Assembly (NCBI RefSeq): GCF_001194135.2 | Contig: NC_068982.1 | Span: forward strand, 15,133,335-15,197,334 | Direction: 5' to 3' | Source: Octopus bimaculoides | Lineage: Eukaryota | Length of the DNA: 64,000 nt | Shown here: positions 61,291 to 64,000 of the stretch, in pieces | How positions within the stretch are numbered: the first letter of the stretch is position 1 | How the letters are laid out: each line of letters starts with the position of its first letter | Translations under genes and position numbers: made by a program | The notes under the pieces: model-generated | What the model was told of the DNA's origin: nothing | What the model saw: the letters and a program-made list of their open reading frames with translations, nothing else | The model's database searches: none

Positions 61291-62604
61291 CCACAATCAA
61301 TATTTGTTAAATACAAATGTTTAATTGACTAAAAATCAAAAGCTGGAGTCCCTAAAACAATCTGAAGTTATCTTCAACTTGGTCCTGTGACAACTCTGGT
61401 GTTAAGTTGCATAGACAGGGAAAACCCACCGTATGGACAACCACTGGTCTTCCACACAACCGTGTCTAGGCTTGTACCCTCTTTGAAGGCAGATCCAAGA
61501 CCTCTCAAGAGTGAAGGATGCACATAACCCTATAGCTTAAACCAGAACAATTGTGGAAATCAGGTATATCCACTCAAAATTAACAGTGGAAAGCAGTTTT
61601 ATAAACCAATCTATCTTTTGTTGAGGACTGTCATGTTTGAAACTAGTTCATGTTGAGATATGTCAAGTTCATTGGAGCAACAAAACTTGCAGAAAATACC
61701 AATTCTATTTTTTTTGGTAGATATTTAAGACCATTACTGGAATAACTATGAAATTTAATTTCACAATTAGAGGGTTTGTAGTGCCCTCTCAGATAATTAG
61801 ATAAAAAAAAAAATAAATAAATGTAGCTTGAGTGACCTTCTATAGAATGTTCTGGAACATTCCATGAATTTCCAGATAACATGGAAGTGAGGGATTTCCA
61901 CTCCACATATTATTAAAGGAAAAAAACGAAAGTTAATCTTCCCTTATGGAAGGGCCAAATAGAAATTTCAAAAGCATTTGAGCTTTGGATGAGAAGCATT
62001 GAATATATGTAGGTTGTTCTTACAACTGTCCTCTGATTATAAGATGTATTGTTTTTATTTCAAGGTATTCTTGTATACTATGTTTGCATACACAACATTG
62101 AGAAACTATTATCTGTAAAATTACAGCAGACACCACAATGAATAAAACCATTATTGTTCCTGTTTAAGGATTTTCTTTGAGTTGTTTTGTTCTGTTGAAT
62201 GTTGAGGAGTTTTCACCTAGAAGATGAATATGGTGTAGTGATCCTGCCAAAGTTTCCTTCAAAGCTAAACTAGTGGTTGGCATGCCAGAGGTGTCTACTG
62301 GAAAAGACAACCCAATGTCTAATTCACTAAAGGTTAAACAAGTTGTATCACTTCTCTGCTAGGATAATCACAATCCTTTCTACTATAGGCACAATGCCAG
62401 CAATTTCAGAGAAAGAGGATAAGTCAATTATAACAGCCACAGTGCTAAAATGGTGCTTATTTTATCAACCCCAAAAGCACAAAAGGAAAAGTCAACCATA
62501 GGCGTATTTTAACCCAGAACATAAAGATAGATGAAATGTTACAAAGCATTTTGTCTGATGTGCTAAGAATTCTTCCAGTTCACAAACTTTGCTTGTGTAT
62601 ATAT

Positions 62605-62762
62605 ATCATCATCATCATCATCATCGTTTAACGTCCGCTTTCCATGCTAGCATGGGTTGGACAATTTGACTGAGGACTGGTGAAACCGGATGGCAACACC
62701 AGGCTCCAATCTAATTTGGCAGAGTTTCTACAGCTGGATGCCCTTCCTAACGCCAACCACTC
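62605..62762 (-). mobile_element. RTE LINE 3' end
   Basis: Family motif with (CAT)n on +. Confidence 0.8.
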
Positions 62763-62994
62763 AGCCTATTCCCCATTTCTTTTTAGGAGGGGGTAGCCAC
62801 AATAAGGCACACACCAGGCATTCCCTTCATTTCCCAGCTCAAAGGGGTGAGCCCCATTCTATGCTTGGGTCAAGGCATAGAAAGCAACCCCTAATATCAG
62901 CAGCGAGGCCCTGACAGCAATATGCTGGTTTACCCTCACTGCATCATGCTGGTTCCATACCCCTTTAAGCAACATCAAAATTCACTCATCCGTC

Positions 62995-63275
62995 CACAAA
63001 CACTCTTCAAGCTTTCCTATCATTTATAAACTCTCTTGCCTCTCTCACTCCAACACCTCTAACCACCAAAGCTTTTCTCACTCCATCCATCCACACAAAC
63101 CGAGGTCTGCCTCTAGTTCTGCTGCCTACTACTTCAGTCTTCATCACCCTCCTTACCATCCACACCTCATCCATCCTCTCCATTCGTCTATCCAATTTGG
63201 TTGTTAGTTTTTCTCTCATTCCTGTTCGTCTTCACACCTTCTCATTCCTCATCCTGTCCATCCGTGTCACAGGAC
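62995..63275 (-). mobile_element. RTE LINE C-terminal fragment, different subfamily
   Basis: MERMDEVWMVRRVMKTEVVGSRTRGRPRFVWMDGVRKAL. Confidence 0.72.
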
Positions 63276-63794
63276 ATGGATGATATAATCATAATGCTGG
63301 CAATTTCTATCACAAGTACAATATTCCAAAATTTTGAGAAATGGCACAAGCAATTTAATCTAATCCTATTCCTGACTAATTCTTATTTAATTGATCCCTA
63401 TCCCAACCATCATGGTTCTCTCTTAGGCATACCTTGCTTCATGTCTTTAATACCTAACTGTTCCCCTTAGCTTACCTGTACCTTACCTATGCTAGTTAAC
63501 GTTCTACATTCACTGGATCATACTTCCTGAAAGGATAAGTTCTACCATACCATTTCGGACTAGTTTCAGGGCACAAAGATGAATCTCCAGTTGTGTTTAC
63601 AACTTAATGGGTAGACCAATAAAGGAAACTAAATGTGGTCGCTCATATCAGCCAATTAGCTCTCAATTCATGATGTATTATGTTAAGGAAGAACACACCT
63701 GATAATGAAGTCCCAGGTATATCTAAATGACTGGATGGTTACAAATGAAATACCTTTAATCATAAGTCTGCTCAATCAAAATTGTCCAATGATA

Positions 63795-64000
63795 TATCTT
63801 TTATCTTTTACTTATTTCGATCATTTGACCATGTTAGGGGGACCGTCTTGAAGCACTTTTATTCCAATGGATCGACCCCAGAGCTTTTTTTTTTTAAAAG
63901 CTTGGTACTTATTCTATCGGTCTCTTTTGCAGAACAGCTAAGTTACGGGAAGGTAAACACACCAACACAGGTTGTCAAATGGTGGTGGGAGACGGGCTAG
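63795..64000 (-). mobile_element. SINE family B 3' half (continues beyond window)
   Basis: TACTTATTCTATCGGTCTCTTTTGC...CTAAGTTACGGG...GGTTGTCAA. Confidence 0.7.

Overview
Eukaryotic (metazoan) genomic DNA from a draft assembly with nine N-gaps. It is AT-rich and dense in microsatellites and repeats. The tRNA-derived/CORE-type SINEs and RTE LINE ends resemble octopus repeats, so a coleoid cephalopod is my inference, not a database result. There are two convergent spliced genes. (1) A complete two-exon RNF139/TRC8-like sterol-sensing RING E3 ligase on +: join 18347..18527, 30891..32554, 614 aa, 12.4-kb intron. (2) A 5'-incomplete AT-hook + 8 C2H2 zinc-finger gene on -: seven phase-consistent exons from 58963 to the stop at 43681. 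One exon is built from P/T/A/S trinucleotide repeats and is mostly missed by the ORF track. The first 16 kb holds three non-autonomous Helitrons with shared termini: two inverted copies keep the Rep N-terminal part, and a central copy keeps the PIF1 helicase part. The rest is RTE LINE fragments, an R4/Dong-like fragment in a TAA microsatellite, SINEs, a piggyBac-type MITE, a 42-bp hairpin-bearing minisatellite with a 1021-bp higher-order duplication, and long intronic fold-backs, some with Penelope-type minimal hammerhead motifs. There are no prokaryotic features and no CRISPR. I cannot support a wholly new system; the best leads are the hammerhead/fold-back elements, the Helitron trio, the minisatellite and the zinc-finger protein's unexplained C-terminal domain. 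Repeat boundaries are approximate unless termini or TSDs are quoted.
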